DNA of 64,000 bases from positions 499,489 through 563,488 of the forward strand of contig MU063211.1 in the NCBI GenBank assembly GCA_013265495.1, given 5' to 3'. Below the pieces are notes generated by a model. That model was not told the DNA's origin and made no database searches. It saw only the letters and a program-made list of their open reading frames with translations. The stretch is from Vicugna vicugna. Lineage: Eukaryota. The translations under genes and the position numbers were made by a program. Below are positions 42,101 to 55,329 of the stretch, piece after piece; position 1 is the first letter of the stretch; each line of letters begins with the position of its first letter.

Positions 42101-45100
42101 CAAGGGCTCGCACCCCCGGTGGGCCTGCGGAGGCCTGGGTTCTGGGTGCAGACCCCTCCTGGCTGTGTGGGCCTGGCTGGGGGCAGGCCTCCGGGACATG
42201 GGGAGGGTGTCAGCTGAGGGCGGGCCAGGATCCTTCACAGACCTGAGCAGAAGCCCAGGGAGGAGCCAGGCCCCACTGCGCTGCAGGGAGGGGCATCCTG
42301 GGCAGGCGGGAGCATGCCCCTGGGGGCGGCGCAGGGTGGGGGCGGCGACATCCGCACCACCCCTGGGAGCCCATCTTAGTGAAGCAGGTGCTCGCGTTGG
42401 GGGCTGATCTTACTCTTTCCCCTTACTTCAGCCACCGACGACATCGTGAAAGTTGAAGTCTGGGATGTCGTTGACAAAGGTAAGTTGTGTCTTTTTGTTA
42501 ACGTGCTTTTTCTCTGTTGCGCTGCCGCTGTTCTGTGAGACGCGCGCTGTCCGCCCTCGTCCGCCTGTCCTCATAGGTCGGCTTTTTCATAAACTCCTGT
42601 TTGTTTTGGGTGTTTGTCTTGGCCTGCTGTCTCTCTGGGACTCGCAGGGTGACACAGCCCTTCCTCCTCACTCAGCACCTGAGACGAAGGGGGGGACGGT
42701 GATGGCACCAGGTTCTTACCCCCGAGTCCAGCTCATCCATCCTGGGCACCGGCTCAGGGGCCCTCCACGGCCTCGAAGGCTGGGTAGGGCTGGCCCAGGG
42801 CGGGGTCCTTGTCAGTCTGGGAAGGAAGCACCGCATCTGGAACTGCGTGGGAGGCCTCCCGGGGGGGGCCGCGTCCTGCCTCCCATGGGGCTGCCGCGGT
42901 GCCAGCTGAGAAGGCGCAGCTCTGGGGCTCCAGTGCTGCTGAGCGAGGCGTCTGCTGGAGGGGGGGCTGCCCCCCACTCAGGCATTCCTTGCCCAGCATC
43001 TCCGCCCCGTGACTTGGTCTCTTTGCTTAAGGAAAATGCAAGAAGCGAGGCGACGGCTTGAAGATGGAGAATGACCCCCAGGAGGTAAGCAGTGTCTGTT
43101 CCCATGTGGCCCGCGATGGTGGGGGCGGGGTGAGCGGGCCCCGCCCTTCAGACCCCGCCGCCTGCCGGCCTGGCCCTCCTGGGGCCCCCAGTGGTGCTAG
43201 TGGACCCAGGGCCACCCTGGGCTGCCCTTGTCGCGTTGCAGGGTGACTGGGTTGAGCTGCTGCCACATGTGCCAGACGCCACACGGAGATGGGGTGGCAG
43301 GTGTTTGGGCGAACTGGCCGAATTTTGTGTCCATGTTACAGAGGCCCCGGCCCTTCAAAGCACAGGCCCCGCCTTCCGGTGTGGCTCCGGCAGGGCACTT
43401 CTTGTGCTGCCACTGCTTCCTGCCCGTCTGGGGGGCTTTCTCTCGGTCTCCAAGGACCCTTCTCTCCTGTCCACGGACAGGCTCCCGCTTAGGACAGGAA
43501 GGTTCAGTGGCCGCTGGCCCTTTTGGGGCATATGTCTCCACTGCCCCCAGCCCTGCAGCCACCCCAGCGTGCCTGCTCCGGCATGTGCGCCCGCGGTGGA
43601 GAGTCTGCGAGCCCTGAGGGCAGGGTGCTGCCGACCTCGGTGGCGCAGGGACCCCAGGGAGAGGGCAGGCACAGTGTGTCCTCCACGCTAGACGATGTTG
43701 CGTTTACATTTTTCTTTTTTTCCAAAATGAAACTAACTGTTGTCTTTTCAGTTATCAGAGCCCTGTTCAGCCTTTTCCAGGAGACAGGGTGCTCACCCGA
43801 GGGGCCCAGCCCGGAGCACCGTCTCATGCCCGGTCCCCCCTGTCCCCAGGCAGAGTCCGAGATGGCCCTGGACGCCGAGTTCCTGGATGTGTACAAGAAC
43901 TGCAGCGGGGTGGTCATGATGTTCGACATCACCAAGCAGTGGTGAGGCCCGGCTCCCGGCACCACGCCGCCCACTAGGCCCACGGTGGTGGTTGTGCCGG
44001 CGTCAGTGATGGTGCCCAGGGCTTCTGGAGGGCCAGCCACGGGCGGTGCATGCTGGCTGTCCGGCCGCACAGAACCCCGGCCTGGAGGTCCTGGCGTCTC
44101 AGCATGTGTATCTGGGGCCAGGTCGGGGTGGGTGAGGCCCTCGCCTTCCATGGCCCCGCAGCCCTTCTTGCAAACACCGTCTAAAGTGTGGCATCAGCAA
44201 GTGGCTCCCATGAGTTGAGGGTTCCCAGGACCCCCACGCTCTTGGATTTGCCAGCAGGACACACCTATGTCCACCGCAGTGGAGGCTGCAGAGCAGGGTC
44301 AGCAGGGGAGTGGTGCGGGCGGGTGTGCAGACAGCCTCACCGGCACCCAGGGTCCTCTCCACCGAGCCCTGAGTCACATGGCTGGAGACCCGCTGCCCGG
44401 GCCCGGGCCCCCTACTCCCAGACCAGCCAAGGGCCAGCCTTGTGGACCAGCCTTCCTGGGACAGCAGTCTCAGGCCTGCACACCACCGAAAATGGGAGTC
44501 CTGAAGGATGCTGAGGGCGGAGCCCATGGCTTGTTCTGGGAGTGGCCAGCGAAGTTTGCTTAAGTTGTATTACTATTACTGCTTGGGTCACTGGTGCTCA
44601 CAGGAAAACCCATCCTGTCACCAGAAACTACTGTGGGGGCTAGCCAGGCTCTCTTCTGGGTGTTGCTCTGACACTGAGCTGTAGCCGCGCACGCCTTTGT
44701 TCAGGATGCATTCACGCCTCCGCTGGGCTGGTAGATCTACACATTCACACGCCAGCCCTAGGGTTCCTGTCAGGGACTCGGGTCCCAGGGATCTGTCACA
44801 GCTGCACCAGCCTCGGCCCCAGCCCACGGGGCCCCACGCCCGCCCTCCCGCCTGCAGGGACGCGCAGTGGGCTGCCCACCAGCGCACCTGGGAGGCCTCC
44901 GGGAGGCTGTGGACCACTTGGAGGAGGAGGGTGGGGCCTGGCGAGCTCACACCTGTGAGACGCAGCAGTCCCGCCGCCTCGGCTTCCACGGGGGTGGGGG
45001 TGGGCAGGGCTGTTTCTAGGTGGAGTCTGGCCTGGGCACTGTTAGTGGTCATGTCGGCCTCATGTCCCTGTAGCCTCGGCTAGACGAGCTGTGAGCCGAA

Positions 45101-48100
45101 GGCCAGGAGGACCCCATGGGGAGAGCGGGATCACAGGTGCCTGTGAGGCTCCTGGAGCTGTGAGGCCCAGGGGCTGGTGTCCAGTGGGCAGGTGGTCCTG
45201 GGCTGGGGGCTGGGCAGCTTCTTGGATCCCAGGACCCTGGACACCTGGTACTCAGCTCTGGTGGGGCGGGAGGCGGTGCAGACATGATCTAGAGCCCCGT
45301 CACTCAAAAGGAAAGCAGGGGGGGCGCCACCGACACAGCCATTGGCACAGCAGCTGGTGTCTGAGTGCACCTGGCGGCAGGGGCAGGAGACTCCCCCAGG
45401 ACAGGTGGCAGACACGCTCGGCCCTTCTGAGGGTAGTAAAGCACTGCGTGTGAATAGGAGGAAACTCAGGCTGCAGACGCAGCGCTGCTGTATCTGGCTC
45501 TCCCACACACTCATGCTGATGGGGAGACAGGTGTGAGCCCCACACCCACTGAGAGCAGAGCCCTGGGCTGTAGAGACAGATCGAGGGAGGACATGTGTCA
45601 GGAGGCAGAACCAAAGGCTGTTTTGTGGGATGTGGTGGCGGGAGGATCTGCAGCGTCCAAGAGCACCCACTGCGTGGTCCCCTGATTCTCACACGGGAGG
45701 GTGCTGGTGGGGTGCTGATCCGGGCGCCCACACACTTCCCCAAGGCTGTGGGGGTGGGCAGAGGTGTCAGGCCAAAGCTAAGGCTCGTCTTCCCCCCACA
45801 TGCGCCTCCTGAGGACCTTCAACTACATCCTCCGGGAGCTTCCCAAAGTGCCGACGCACGTGCCGGTGTGCGTGCTGGGGAACTACCGCGACATGGGTGA
45901 GCACCGGGTCATCCTGCCCGACGATGTGCGCGACCTCATCGACCACCTGGACAGGTGGGTGCCCGGCCATTCAGCCTGTCTGCCTGGGCACTCCCGCCTG
46001 GGCCCTCCTCTGCCTCGAGCCCTGGCCCCGCCCGGCTACACAACCCCGTGTCCCCCAGCCCTCTAACCCACCCCCAGCTTCCCTGTGCTACCCACACCCG
46101 GCCCTCCGGTCCATGCTGGCAGGACCTGCGGAGGCTGGGGAGGCCCAGGCTGAGATGGAGGGCGTGGGGGTAAGCTCAGGGAGGGGGCGCCGAGCTGGAG
46201 GGAGGGCGGGGCAGGGGTTGGGTACTGGCTTCCCCGCACTGAGCAGCCCCAGGTGCCAGGTGGAGCGGCCTCCCTCCATGCCTCAGGCCAGAGCCAGGGT
46301 CGGGCGTGGCACAGCGGGGTCCTGCTGGGGCGGATGGGGGCACATCAGCCCAGCCCCAGCCTCACCTGGTGGGCACCAGCTGAGGGGAGCGCCTGCAGGA
46401 GACGGCCCGGCCTGCGTGCGGTGCTGGCCTTGCCACCCCGTCCCTTGTGTCTTTGTCCTCTTGGCAAACAGGCCTCCGGGCTCCTCTTACTTCCGCTACG
46501 CCGAGTCGTCCATGAAGAACAGCTTCGGCCTGAAGTACCTGCACAGGTTCTTCAACATTCCGTTCCTGCAGCTTCAGGTGCGCCCGCCTGTGGGGCCTGC
46601 CGGCGCGGCGTGGCATGGGGGGCGGGGCCACCAGTTAGGGCCCTGCCAGGCTGGCCGGAGACCTAGACCAGCACAAGGGGACACAGGGGTCCTTGCATGT
46701 CCTTCTCGGTCTGAGGACCGTTGACCCGGACCAGTGGGCACTGTGACCCCCCGCCTCTGCGCTGGCCCCTGCCTGGAGCTTCACTGGCCCCTGCGCCGGT
46801 CCATCTTCACTGCAGATGTGTGCGCAGCCCCAGCACAGGGCCCGTCTGATCCCCCTTGTGGCCGGGCCACTGTGTCCCTGCTGTGGATTGGCCCCAGCCT
46901 GGCAGGAGCGGAAGCAATGAGCTCGAGAAGTCTCTCCTCCCACCTGGTCTGCAGCTTTCTGTTGTTCCAGTGGCCCTTTTGTCTTGGAGTGGTCTTAGAC
47001 TGACAGGAAGGCTGCAGAGAAGTGACAGGATTCTTGGGCCCTGGCTCGGTTCCCCTAGTCTCAGGGTCTCGTGTTTCCACAGTGCCTCCGTCAAGACCAC
47101 AGACCCGGGGTTGGTGGGCCCTCTCGCCAGCCCTCTGCGCTGGGCTGTGACAGCCCCAAAACGTGCCTGACTCAGGGTCTGTCTGGCTTAGGTGGGTGAT
47201 GGCATTTCAGGCACAAGACCACAGACCAACCGCCCTGCTTGTCACAAGCGGGGACACGTGTCACCCACACAGCTAGTCACTGGGGTGTTGACCTAGGGCC
47301 CTCCTATAGCCCCAGTGGTTTCTGTCCTTTCTCCAGGACACGGAGCCCGCTCGGGGGCACAGTCATTTCTCCTTTCCTCTTGTCCTCTTGGAGAGACATG
47401 GGGCAGCGGGCATTTTCAGTGCATCCAGCCCTCGCAGACATGTGCCGCACCCTCCACCCAGTCCTTCCCTTGGGACCCTGGGTGTCCTCTGCATTGCTCT
47501 AAGGATCCCTTTAACTTTTTATCCAAGTACAGTGTACACAGAGATTGCAAGGAAAGCCCCCCCGGTGTGGGTGCGGGGCGGCGACCGACAGCCCCTCGCA
47601 TCGCATGTGGGACCACAGGACATCCCACTGTTGGAAGCTGTGCTGAGGCGCACGTGAGGTCCGAGCCCCAAAGCTGAGGCGCGTGCGCACCCCGGCTGGT
47701 CCCGGAGACGCAGGAAGGCATTTTCAGCAAGCACTGAGGCCTCTTAAACCTCAGGGGCACCTGTGTGACCAGGGCGCTGTCCCTGGGTGGTCTGCTCACA
47801 GCACAGCATCTGCCCTTGGAGCCCCACGGAGTGGCTGGGGCATCATGCTGGCCGCCTGGGCAACACCGGGAGCTCCGAACTCTTGCAGCTCGGCCCCATG
47901 AGCCCTTGTTGGTCAGAGGCTGGCTGAATGGGACCACAAGGCTGAAGGGGCAGCCCTCTGTGGTGACGTTCCTTGCTCAGGGGTCTGCTTCCTTCCTGCA
48001 GCGGGAGACGCTGCTGCGGCAGCTGGAGACAAACCAGCTGGACATCGACGCCACGCTGGAGGAGCTGTCGGTGCAGCAGGAGACGGAGGACCAGAACTAC

Positions 48101-51100
48101 GACATGTACGTCGGCCTCAGGGGCCTGCCCTTGGAGGTTAGACCTGCAGGCAGGGCTCTGCCGGAAAGGTGGCAAGTGTGCCCTGGGGGCCAGGCTGGAG
48201 GTCCTGAGCCTGGGCCTGTGCCTAGCCGGGGAGCAGTGGGAATGCCGCCCCGCCCGGGTAGATCCCTCTATTGGGATGAGTCGTGCTGCTTAAAGAGGTC
48301 TGGTTGTTTCAGCCTTGGATGTGGCCCCCACCCCATGGGAGGGGAGGGGGTGAGGGTGGCCCTCGCTGTGCGCCCTGCCTGCAGCCCTTCCTTGAGAAGC
48401 AGATCCTGGGTTCCTGCTGACTCTCCCTGAGGATGGGGGCAGGGCAGACCCCCAGGTCCCGCTACCCCTGCCCACTGAGCGCTTTGCTGCTGTGATTGGG
48501 TGTAACTGGGGCACAGTGAGACCCTCAGGCCACCAGAAACAGTTTTGCAGCTGCTGCCCCCAGGCAGCCACCTGGCTGGGGGTGGGGGTGCGGGCACGTG
48601 GGCCCGGTGCAGACACTGACACTCCGATTGCCTGCCTCCAACCATCCTCTGTCCAGACCAGCCTCGCCTGCTGGCCACCCGGCATGTGGTGCAGGGAGCT
48701 GCTGACCCAAGCCGTATGTCCACCCGAGGCCCCAGCTAGGCCAGCTGCCCTGACATTTTCCAGCCGAGGCCTCATCCCTATTTTGACCGCAGTTTCCCGG
48801 ACTGACGCCAGTGTAGAGACCTCCAGGACCTTGGGAGGAAGCTAAACCTCTGGTCCTTGGCAGGAGGGAGGGAGGGAGGGCGTGTTGTCCTGGCTGCGCC
48901 TGCACACTTCCAGCAGGACTCCCGGAGCAGGTGGCAGCCCGTCTGTGCCGCAGCTCCTAGCAGAAGCACTCACTTGTAGGGGGAAGTTATAACCCCGAAC
49001 TACCGTTAAAAACAGGTGTTTCCTTTGTTCTGTTGAATTACCTAGATGTCAGAGCTGAGGGTGGGGGCAAGCTGCTTCCCTACCTGTGCTCCTGGCCTGG
49101 GGCCCAGCCAGGCAGGGCCTTCGGGTCTCCCCAGAGCCAGCTTCAGCTGTTGGTTCTGGAACAGTGAGAGAGGGAGCGGCAGGAGTCACTCTGGGGGAGG
49201 GTGTTTTCAGCCACTCCGGCTGCCAGGATGGCCCTGGCGGGGTACCAGGTCTCTGCCTGAGACCTTGGACACCTGGTGCCACTGAGCACATGGTCCCTGG
49301 GGAGATGGCAGGGACCTCTCGAGGCTCGCCTGCCCATAGCCAGCCTCCAGGGGCCAGGCCACGGGAAGAAGGCAGTGCTGCTGGGGACTCGGCAGGGGTG
49401 TTGCCATGATCCACACTTACAAGGTCTCCATTCCAGAACTTGTTTGAAAGCTCCCTTCAGGCCTAGGTAACAAATGGGGGCAAAGCCTGCCACACACACG
49501 CACACACCTCCCCCCTCCCCTCCCAGGACACCCTTTCTTCGTGTTGCCAGTGCCTGTGCCTAAAAAGCAGCCAGGACACCCAGCCGTTCTGCATGTGCAC
49601 GGTCACTCCCCAGCCAGCCGGTCTGCGTGTGCACGGTCACCCCAGACGGAGGTGCCCCCGGGCTTGTTCCCTGCCAGCCTGTGCTGGGAAACCTTGAAGG
49701 GCAGGCAGAGGCCTTTGGTTGTGGGGAAGGGCTCTGAGCCTGAGGGCAGGGACCTCATCACCATCAGCACCCCAACAGAAGCCTCCGAGGAGCCGCAGAG
49801 GAAGAGATGCAGGGAAGGCGGCTTTCTCACCCCTTGCCCTGTTTCCCCTCAGCTTCCTCGAGATGATGGAGGCACGCAGCCGTGGCCACGTGTCCCCGCT
49901 GGCCACCAACGGGCAGAGCCCGTCCTCGGGCTCCCAGTCCCCTGTGGTGCCTCCAAGTGCAGTGTCCACGGGGAGCTCCAGTCCCAGCACACCCCAGCCG
50001 GCACCACAGCCGCCCGTCCACGCCCCCTCGGCCTGCCCATCACCCCCATCCCCCTCAGAGGCCCCCCTGCCCCCCGCACACCCCGTGGCCCCTGCCCCAC
50101 CTCCACGGCGCAGCATTATCTCGCGGCTGTTTGGGACCACGCCAGCCGCCGAGGCAGCCCCTCTGCCCCCAGGTAGGCCCTGGGAGCAGCCCTGGGAGGT
50201 GAGTGCAGGCATCCCAGGTGGGGAGTGGCACTGCGTCCCTGGTCCCAGAGCCTTCGTGGACTGGGAAGGGGTCCCCCTTCTTGCTCCTGGGTGAGCAGCC
50301 CCACACCACCCTGCTCACGGCCCAGCCCTGTGAGCTCCCCCTGGGACCGCCCGGCTTCGGTCGGCACTGAGCGAGTGCTGGTGTCTGGTCCACAGAGCCA
50401 GTCCCAGCTGCAGAGGCCCCAGCAAGAGTCCAGAACGTGGAGGATTTTATTCCTGAAGATGGCCTTGACCGCAGCTTCCTGGAGGACACAGGCCCCCTGA
50501 AGGACGAGAAGAAAGTGGGAGCCAAGGCCCCACCAGACAGCGACAGGTCAGGGCAGGGCCTCGGCTGCGGGCCCTGCTGCCTCTCCTGGTGCTGGGCAAG
50601 CAGAGCGGGCAGGCGTCCCGCAGCCCAGCGCTGCCTCCAGGCCCTGGGAGCAAAAGCAGGGCTGGGGTAGCTGGGGAGCTGAAGGAAGGCTTGGACGGGG
50701 GACACCAGCTGGCCCGGGACTGCCAGCCATGGGCCGGGCCTCGAGGTTCTGCAAGCCTGACGCCTGCGAGGGGGGCAGGGATCCCAGCCACAGTCTGACT
50801 GCAGTTCAGAGAAACGTCAGGCCAGCCCAGGACACGGCGGTCTGCTCGCAGCTCCGGGGCGTGGGGACTCGGTCCCGCTGCCTGTCAGCACTCTTCCCCC
50901 CCCCCCCGAGGTCTCAGGCTGCTGCCACTTGAGAGCCTGGCAAGGTGAGGGCAGGAGCCCCAGGGCCAGGTTTTCTCTCCAGGGGGTGGCCAGTCAGGGC
51001 GGGAGAGAGCTTTAGGCCTGGAGTCTGGTGTCAGTTTCTGGGCCTGCTGGCCCCCCGCCTGCACACTCTCCCTGCACAGCCAGGCCCCGGTCAGCCCTGC

Positions 51101-53616
51101 TCCACGCATCCCCGTCCTCACCGTCTCTCTAGAGATGCACCGTGCTCCTCCCCCAGAGCCCATCACCACCCGTGGGGCCCACACCCTTCACCCCACCACC
51201 CTGCAGGATGGTACCCACTTCAGATGTCCACACCAGTGGGTGTCTCTATCCCTCTCCTTGGCCCCACTTCATGCCTCCTCCCCCACTCACCTCTGTGCTG
51301 CAGCTCTGCTGCTGCGACTGGGGGGGTCCGTCCCCAGGACCACCCTCAAATGGGGTCCCCCTTCGCTGTGACCAGATGAACGTGAGTACCCAGGGCGGAG
51401 GCAGCCCCACATTTGGTGCCAGAGGTGCCAGAGGTCAGGATAGGCATTCTGTCACCTCCTCGTGACCTCTGCCCACCCTGCCCTCCTTTGCAGTGATGAG
51501 GAGGCCCCAGGCGGAAACCCCATGGTAGCAGGTTTCCAGGATGACGTGGACCTTGAAGACCAGCCCCCAGGCAGGCTCCAGCCGCCCATGGGCTCCCTCC
51601 CTAGGGAACACATTGCTCTGTCCAGTGAGGAGGAAGCAGAGGAGGAGGCGGGGCACCCCAAGGCCACTGTGCTGGCCCCCAAGAAGTGCTCTGAGCCAGA
51701 GACCAAACCGTAAGTTGGGGGTCAGGCAAGGGGTACCCTGGGGGCAGAGGGCTGGGCTCGTGACCCCCGTTTGTCCTGCAGGTCCTCCACCAAGGCTTCG
51801 AGGCCACACAGGGGCACAGCTCCCGGGGCTGCAGAGCCCCGCTGGCCAGGTGGCACCGAAGCCCCCACCGAGGGCACCTCCCAAGGGCGCGAGGAGGGGA
51901 AGGACCAGCAGGTGGCATCGTCAGAGAGTGACCCTGAAGGGCCCATCGCCGCCCAGATGCTTTCCTTTGTCATGGATGACCCTGACTTTGAGAGCGACTC
52001 AGATGCCCAGCGGAGAGTGGTGAGGACCGACCTTGGTGCCCACTGTCTCAAAGCCCAGTAAAAGTGTCGGGGGCAGAAAGTGAAAGTATGAGAATGCAGT
52101 GGGGGTCTCGCAGAGCTAAAGTTGAAGTCAGCCTGTGTGACCCCAGAGGGGCTCTGTATGCCAGGCCAAGCCTATCACCTTGGCGTCACCATGGTGTCAC
52201 AGCCGCCACGCTCAGGCCATTATCACTCTAGATGGGTTCATGACGGTGCTCAGCACCTGCTGGAGAAACAAGGGGGCTGCCCTGAGGGGTCCAGAGACAG
52301 CTGCTGGGGGCATGGCGGCCAACCTGCCTGCTCCTCCTTTCAGGGTGAGTTCCCAGTGCGAGAGGACCTCTCAGATGTGACGGACGAGGAAGGCAGCCCT
52401 GCCCAGCCACCCCTGCCCCTAAAGGCCCCCGTCCCCTCCTTCAGACTGAAGAATGACTCAGATCTCTTCGGGTTGGGGCTGGAGGAGACAGGCCCCAAGG
52501 AGAGCAGCGAGGAAGGTAGCTGAGGCGGGACACCTGCCCTCCTCCCTCCCTCCCCGTCCTGCTGCGGGGGGCGCGTTGCTTACCCCTTACCTGTCCCGTA
52601 GTGCCTGGGGCCCCAGAGCACAGGAGCGAGGCCAGAAGCCCCGTCCCAGGCTTTCCTCAGTCCTGTCTGGGGTCCAGCTGTGTTCAATGACATCCCAGAC
52701 TCCCGGGGTTACAAGGCTGCAGGCCAGGACCAGGCTGAAGGATGGGCAGCTGGGGGCTGCTGTCATAGTGGCCATGCAGGAGGCATTTGGGGGCGTGGGC
52801 AATGCTGCCACAAGCTGGCTGAGAGCCCCTCTGTGCCCTCAGGCCGGGCCTGCGTTTGTGGCCCTCCATGGAAGAAGCTGGCGTGGTCTCCAGGCCTGAT
52901 GAGCACATGTGGCTTGTGTGGCCCTGGCCAGCTCCATGGCTCCCTGGCCCCACCCCCGCCTCCACCTTGGGCTGCTTGAGCCCAGCAGTGTCACCTGGAG
53001 CATGTACTGGAACTTCCTCGTCCCCGTGATGGAGAGAAGGGGACCTTTCCAGGCTTGTCCTGGTGCTGAAGTGCCTGCCTGTCTTCAGGAGGGGCCCCGT
53101 GGCCTTTGTAGCCCCACCCAGGCCCAGGGCAGAGGCCTCTGCCAGCCCGCCCACTGCAGGCTGGAGCCCAGGCCTCCCCTCCCACACCAGTCCAGAGGCC
53201 TGGGGGGGACCTGGCTTCCCACACAAGGAGCTGACATTGCTCTTACCCGTGTAGATAAAGAGGGCAAGCCTCCCTCGAAGGAGAAGAAGAAGAAGAAGAA
53301 GAAGAGCAGAGAGGTACCTGCGCCCCCCCGAGCCCTCGCCGGGGACGCCCGGCCGCGTGGGGTGCAGGGCCGGCCGTCTTCCCGACACCCGCGTGACTCT
53401 GTGCTGTACCCCTCCCACCACCAGGAGGAAGAAAAGGCCGCAAAGAAGAAGAGCAAGCACAAGAGGAGCAAGGACAAGACGGAGGGCAGGGAGGAGCGGC
53501 GGCGACGGCGGCCGCGGGGCCAGGAGAGGACGGCGGTGGACGAGCTGGAGGCCTTCCTGGGGGGCGGAGCCCCGGGCAGCCACCTGCGCGGGGGTGGCGA
53601 CTACGAGGAGCTCTAG
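32602..53616 (+). CDS. RABL6: Rab-like protein 6 (RBEL1/PARF), 15 exons, 718 aa
   Basis: Exons 32602-32731, 40799-40933, 42432-42479, 43032-43084, 43850-43941, 45814-45954, 46472-46577, 48002-48105, 49853-50172, 50396-50546, 51494-51709, 51782-52019, 52344-52515, 53255-53313, 53425-53616 sum to 2157 nt. Starts [19 protein letters not shown]; P-loop GDRNTGKT, then WDVVDKG, GNYRD, Pro-rich and acidic regions, Lys-rich tracts and C-terminal GDYEEL*. Confidence 0.96.
34952..35100 (-). mobile_element. L2 3' end fragment in RABL6 intron 1
   Basis: gttcatttacttagcaaatatttattgagtgacc...gtctccgccttgtggagcttgcattcc resembles the reverse complement of an L2 3' end. Confidence 0.6.
35791..35903 (-). mobile_element. 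Short younger L1 3' end (antisense) in RABL6 intron 1
   Basis: tttattgagttatagtcagtttacaatgttgtgtcaacttttggtgtacagcacaatgctcagtcatacatg is the reverse complement of the same L1 tail type as 3306-3518. Confidence 0.8.
35950..38470 (+). mobile_element. Ancient L1M remnant (ORF1 to ORF2 region), sense orientation in RABL6 intron 1
   Basis: Segments near 37440-37830 and 38100-38320 resemble L1 ORF2 (aaaatgttatgaatgactttctgccagtaagttgaaaac; aaaagcatgatctcactggg...ataaaattcaactcatcc). No intact frame; boundaries approximate. Confidence 0.55.
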
Positions 53617-54063
53617 ACCTGGCCACCTGGGGCGACACGCCCACTCCGTGTGTGCTGGGGGCGCTGGGCCTGCAGGCTCTACGGGCAGCTGGCCCCCAGC
53701 GCTTCTCAGGGATGGGACTGAGGCCAGGGAGGCCTGAGGCTGTGTACAGGGGCGGGGCGCTGTCCTCGTCACCCGCCCACCCCTGCTTGCCGCCGGCCGC
53801 ACACGCTCGCCCAGGCCTGCTGCATGCGGGTGGCCTCCGCTTGCTGCTGTGGCTCAGCCAGGGCTGCAGACCGGCAGCCCCCCCCCCGGACCCTCGGGGC
53901 ACCTGCGTGCAGACACTGAGCAGCGCTGGCGCCTTTCCTGGGGGAGGGTCTTCCCGGAACCGGTGTCCAGCTTTGCATCTGCACCTGAGCTTGGGCACAT
54001 GCACAGGCCAAGCTGGGAGCCCCTCCACACTCGTTTCCTTCCGTTCTCCTTCAACACTCGGAC

Positions 54064-54069
54064 CATAAA
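54064..54069 (+). terminator. RABL6: Probable RABL6 polyA signal, variant CATAAA
   Basis: No AATAAA seen in the 3' UTR. accataaagctctcctgttttactgcgcgtctgtgtgtg has a variant hexamer plus a GU-rich downstream element. Confidence 0.55.
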
Positions 54070-55329
54070 GCTCTCCTGTTTTACTGCGCGTCTGTGTGTG
54101 CTCCCTGCTGCTGGGGCCCCGCCTGCGTGGGAGGTCCGCTGCCCCCTAGCCCCAGGCACGTGGGTAGACAGGAAGGCCCTTGAGCTCCCTGCCTTCGGGC
54201 CACAGATCCCTCTTCTCTGAGGGGTGACTATCCTCGCAGGTAGGAGGCCTTAAGCAGTCCAGTCCCCTCACATGCCATATGCCATCCAGCCTGGCCCAGC
54301 CCTCTGAGGCCAGGTGTGCGACCCTGCTCTGCTGGCCTCTGGCAGGGCCTGACCTGTCCCAGCCACCTCTCTGCTCCTACCTGACACCCAGTCCAGCAGG
54401 CACCCCCCCCAGCTGCCAGCAGGGCCCTACCCGACCCCCCATCCATAGGTGCTGTGAGAACTACCCCCTCCGAGGGCAGGCTGACTGCCAGCAGGGCTGA
54501 GAGATGGGCTGGTGGCCAGGCCTCCACCCCCGCGTCCCGGAAGCCTCCTCTTCCCTAATTCCTGTGCCTAGAGAGCCCACACTGGGGGCAGCAGGGTGGC
54601 ACTCAACGGGCAGGTGCTAGAGGTCAGGCACCACACTGATACCTAGGGCACTCCCTTTAGTCCACAGCCTGTGAGGTCAACTATCCTTGTCCCCCCCCCC
54701 CCCAGTGTGGCGACCAGACCGACCTGAAATGAATTTACCAGGCCGCTCATCTAATGGGCCTCCAGTGCTCAGGTCCCGCCCTTTGGAGCCTCCCTGCCCA
54801 GCTAGTGTCTCCTGGCTCAGCACCTTGTTTGGGAGGGGACTGGAGGAAGGGTGTTGCTGTGCAGTTTGAGTGAGCCACGTGCAGACCGGCTGACGTTGGA
54901 TGCAGGGAGCACAGAAACGTGCCCTTGCTCGCGAGAAGCTGAGCATCCCAGGGACAGGTGGCTGCTGGCATGCAGGCCGGGCCCGTCTGGCCCGTTACCT
55001 GGGGAGTGTTTGGCACTTCCAACACTGAAGCACAGAGGCCAGCAGGGCGGGAAGCAGCCCATCTGCTCCTGCCTGGGCTGAGCCCAGGCGTGAATTCCGG
55101 GAGCGGTCCGCAACGCGAGCCGGGGCTTGGTCCTCCTCCAGGGTCCTGCTCCAAGGCTGGCCAGGCCGCCAGCTGCCCTGGAGCAGCTGTCTTGGAGGTG
55201 GGGGCTGGTAGGACAGGTCGGGTGCTCCCTGGACACAGGTCCCCCTAGTTACACCCAGGCCTGAACCTTGTGCGTGAAAAGAGCCTGTCACCCAGCGCCC
55301 AGCACAGCCCGAACCTGCTGCCAGCGGGC

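Noticed and set aside
52684-53802. 372-aa minus-strand ORF with a hydrophobic stretch
   Set aside because: Antisense shadow of the purine-rich RABL6 exons 14-15; the apparent transmembrane segment is reverse-complemented AAG/GAG codons.
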